Shown: one piece after another, positions 36,180-37,292 of the stretch
How positions within the stretch are numbered: position 1 is the stretch's first letter
Layout: every line of letters starts with the position of its first letter
Virus record (IMG/VR): IMGVR_UViG_2703718872_000034
Source: a virus
Taxonomy: Duplodnaviria > Heunggongvirae > Uroviricota > Caudoviricetes
Reading direction: 5' to 3' (one strand)
Length of the DNA: 37,292 bases
Position numbers and translations under genes: made by a program
Notes under the pieces: generated by a model
What the model was told of the DNA's origin: nothing
What the model saw: only the letters and a program-made list of their open reading frames with translations
The model's database searches: none

Positions 36180-36357
36180 GATCCTACCTTCACTGGATAA
36201 AAAGTCAATAAAATGATCATTTTATGATCGTTTTCACTCGCTAACTCTTCGTTTTCTTTAAGTAAATAATCACCTCCCTGAATCATTGTTGATGACTTTT
36301 CAATCTATTTGTTGTATCAATTAAACAAATCGAATCGATCGTTTTTGTCGATCGATT
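36180..36357. promoter_or_regulatory. com/mom upstream regulatory region with five GATC (Dam) sites and a perfect 9-bp inverted repeat AATCGATCG-N7-CGATCGATT
   Basis: GATC at 36180, 36215, 36226, 36337, 36350; palindrome at 36333..36357 about 45 bp upstream of com start; Mu mom is known to be controlled by Dam-methylated GATC sites upstream of its promoter. Confidence 0.5.
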
Positions 36358-36400
36358 GCATGAGAAAGGCATCAACAACAAAGCAGGAGGTTATGCGGCC

Positions 36401-36601
36401 ATGTATCGAAACATACGGTGCCGACACTGCAATAAGCTACTGGCACGGGCCAGTTTCAGTTATCTGGAAGTAAAATGTCCGCGCTGTAAAACCCTCAATC
36501 AAATCACATCTCCGAGCGCCACAGAGCACCCCACATACACAAGGAAATCCTGTCGTGGGGAACAGAAAGCAAGTCACATCCCGAATCATCAGCACGCCTG
36601 A
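36401..36601 (+). CDS. com: Com, zinc-finger translational activator of mom
   Basis: 66 aa from ATG 36401 with AGGAGG RBS; [27 protein letters not shown] closely resembles Mu Com; overlaps mom start. Confidence 0.8.
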   Translation: MYRNIRCRHCNKLLARASFSYLEVKCPRCKTLNQITSPSATEHPTYTRKSCRGEQKASHIPNHQHA

Positions 36602-37292
36602 ACTTATTCGCTATAACGACAATATCGTTGGTTATGGCTCCCGTGAGTTGCGGGTTGAGACAATAAGTTGCTGGCTGGCCAGACTGGTCATCGTCAATAA
36701 ACATTACAGCCACCGTTTCGTAAATAACTCCTACCTTCATCTGGGCATATTTTCAGAACGGGAACTTGTTGGCGTAATGCAATGGGGCTACGCCCTTAAC
36801 CCAAACAGTGGTGCACGCGTCGTAACGGGTACGCAGAACCGAGAATATATGGAGCTTAACCGGCTATGGCTGCATGACTGTATGCCGAGAAACTCCGAAT
36901 CAAGGGCAATCAGTTACGCGCTCAAGCTAATCAGACAGCTTTATCCGCAGGTACAGTGGGTTCAGTCGTTTGCAGATGAGCGTTGTGGCTGTCTTGGTGT
37001 CGTGTATCAGGCAAGCAATTTTGATTATGTAGGCAGCCATGAATCAACATTCTATGAACTTGATGGCGAGTGGTATCACGAGATTTGCAGGAATGCCATT
37101 AAACGAGGCGGACAACGAGGTGAACATCTGAGGGCTAATATCGACAGGGCCAGTGTTCATAAGTTCCGACAGTTTCGTTACATCCGGTTTCTGAACAAGA
37201 GGGCCAGAAAACGCCTCAACACAAAGCTATTCAAAGTCCAGCCTTACCCAAAACCACAAACTGTTAAAACCGGTTTGAAAGAGATTGGGTGA
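36555..37292 (+). CDS. mom: DNA modification protein Mom
   Basis: 245 aa from GTG at 36555 overlapping com 3' end, as in the Mu com-mom operon; position as last gene after gin; stop at window end. Confidence 0.75.
   Translation: MGNRKQVTSRIISTPELIRYNDNIVGYGSRELRVETISCWLARLVIVNKHYSHRFVNNSYLHLGIFSERELVGVMQWGYALNPNSGARVVTGTQNREYMELNRLWLHDCMPRNSESRAISYALKLIRQLYPQVQWVQSFADERCGCLGVVYQASNFDYVGSHESTFYELDGEWYHEICRNAIKRGGQRGEHLRANIDRASVHKFRQFRYIRFLNKRARKRLNTKLFKVQPYPKPQTVKTGLKEIG

Larger units (their letters stand above)
1..37292 (+). mobile_element. Mu-like transposable prophage, partial (transposase A through mom; c/ner end, attL and attR outside window)
   Basis: Mu-type gene order A, B, gam, Mor/C-type activator, lys, terminase, portal, F, G, I, T, tail genes, gix sites, gin, com, mom; window starts at the A start codon and ends at the mom stop. 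Confidence 0.9.

Overview
This window is almost entirely a Mu-like transposable prophage, running from the transposase gene A at base 1 to the stop codon of mom at base 37292; the c/ner end and both attachment ends lie outside the window. Gene order on the + strand follows phage Mu: A, B, a block of small early genes including gam and a GemA-like gene, one Mor/C-family activator, a lysis cassette (SAR endolysin plus overlapping spanins), terminase, portal, F, G, I, major head protein and head-tail joining genes. The most striking feature is an inversion of about 8.8 kb covering the tail module (tube to baseplate to the constant part of the tail-fibre gene), which now lies on the - strand. One breakpoint sits inside the tail sheath gene and the other exactly at a gix-like crossover site, so the sheath gene is split into two fragments and the fibre constant region is separated from its variable regions. 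Both split genes can be rejoined in frame across a shared TACCT at the two junctions. Downstream is a small G-like invertible segment (about 1.4 kb) bounded by inverted gix-like sites, carrying two alternative fibre C-termini but only one tail-fibre assembly gene, followed by gin. Between gin and com/mom there is an inserted 680-aa protein with a sialate O-acetylesterase-type GQSN motif, plus small ORFs including a divergent Cys-rich one, and a GATC-rich region with a perfect GATC-containing palindrome just upstream of com. All identifications rest on reading the ORF translations and sequence motifs from memory of the families; no database search or folding was run, and coordinates of starts are approximate where noted.
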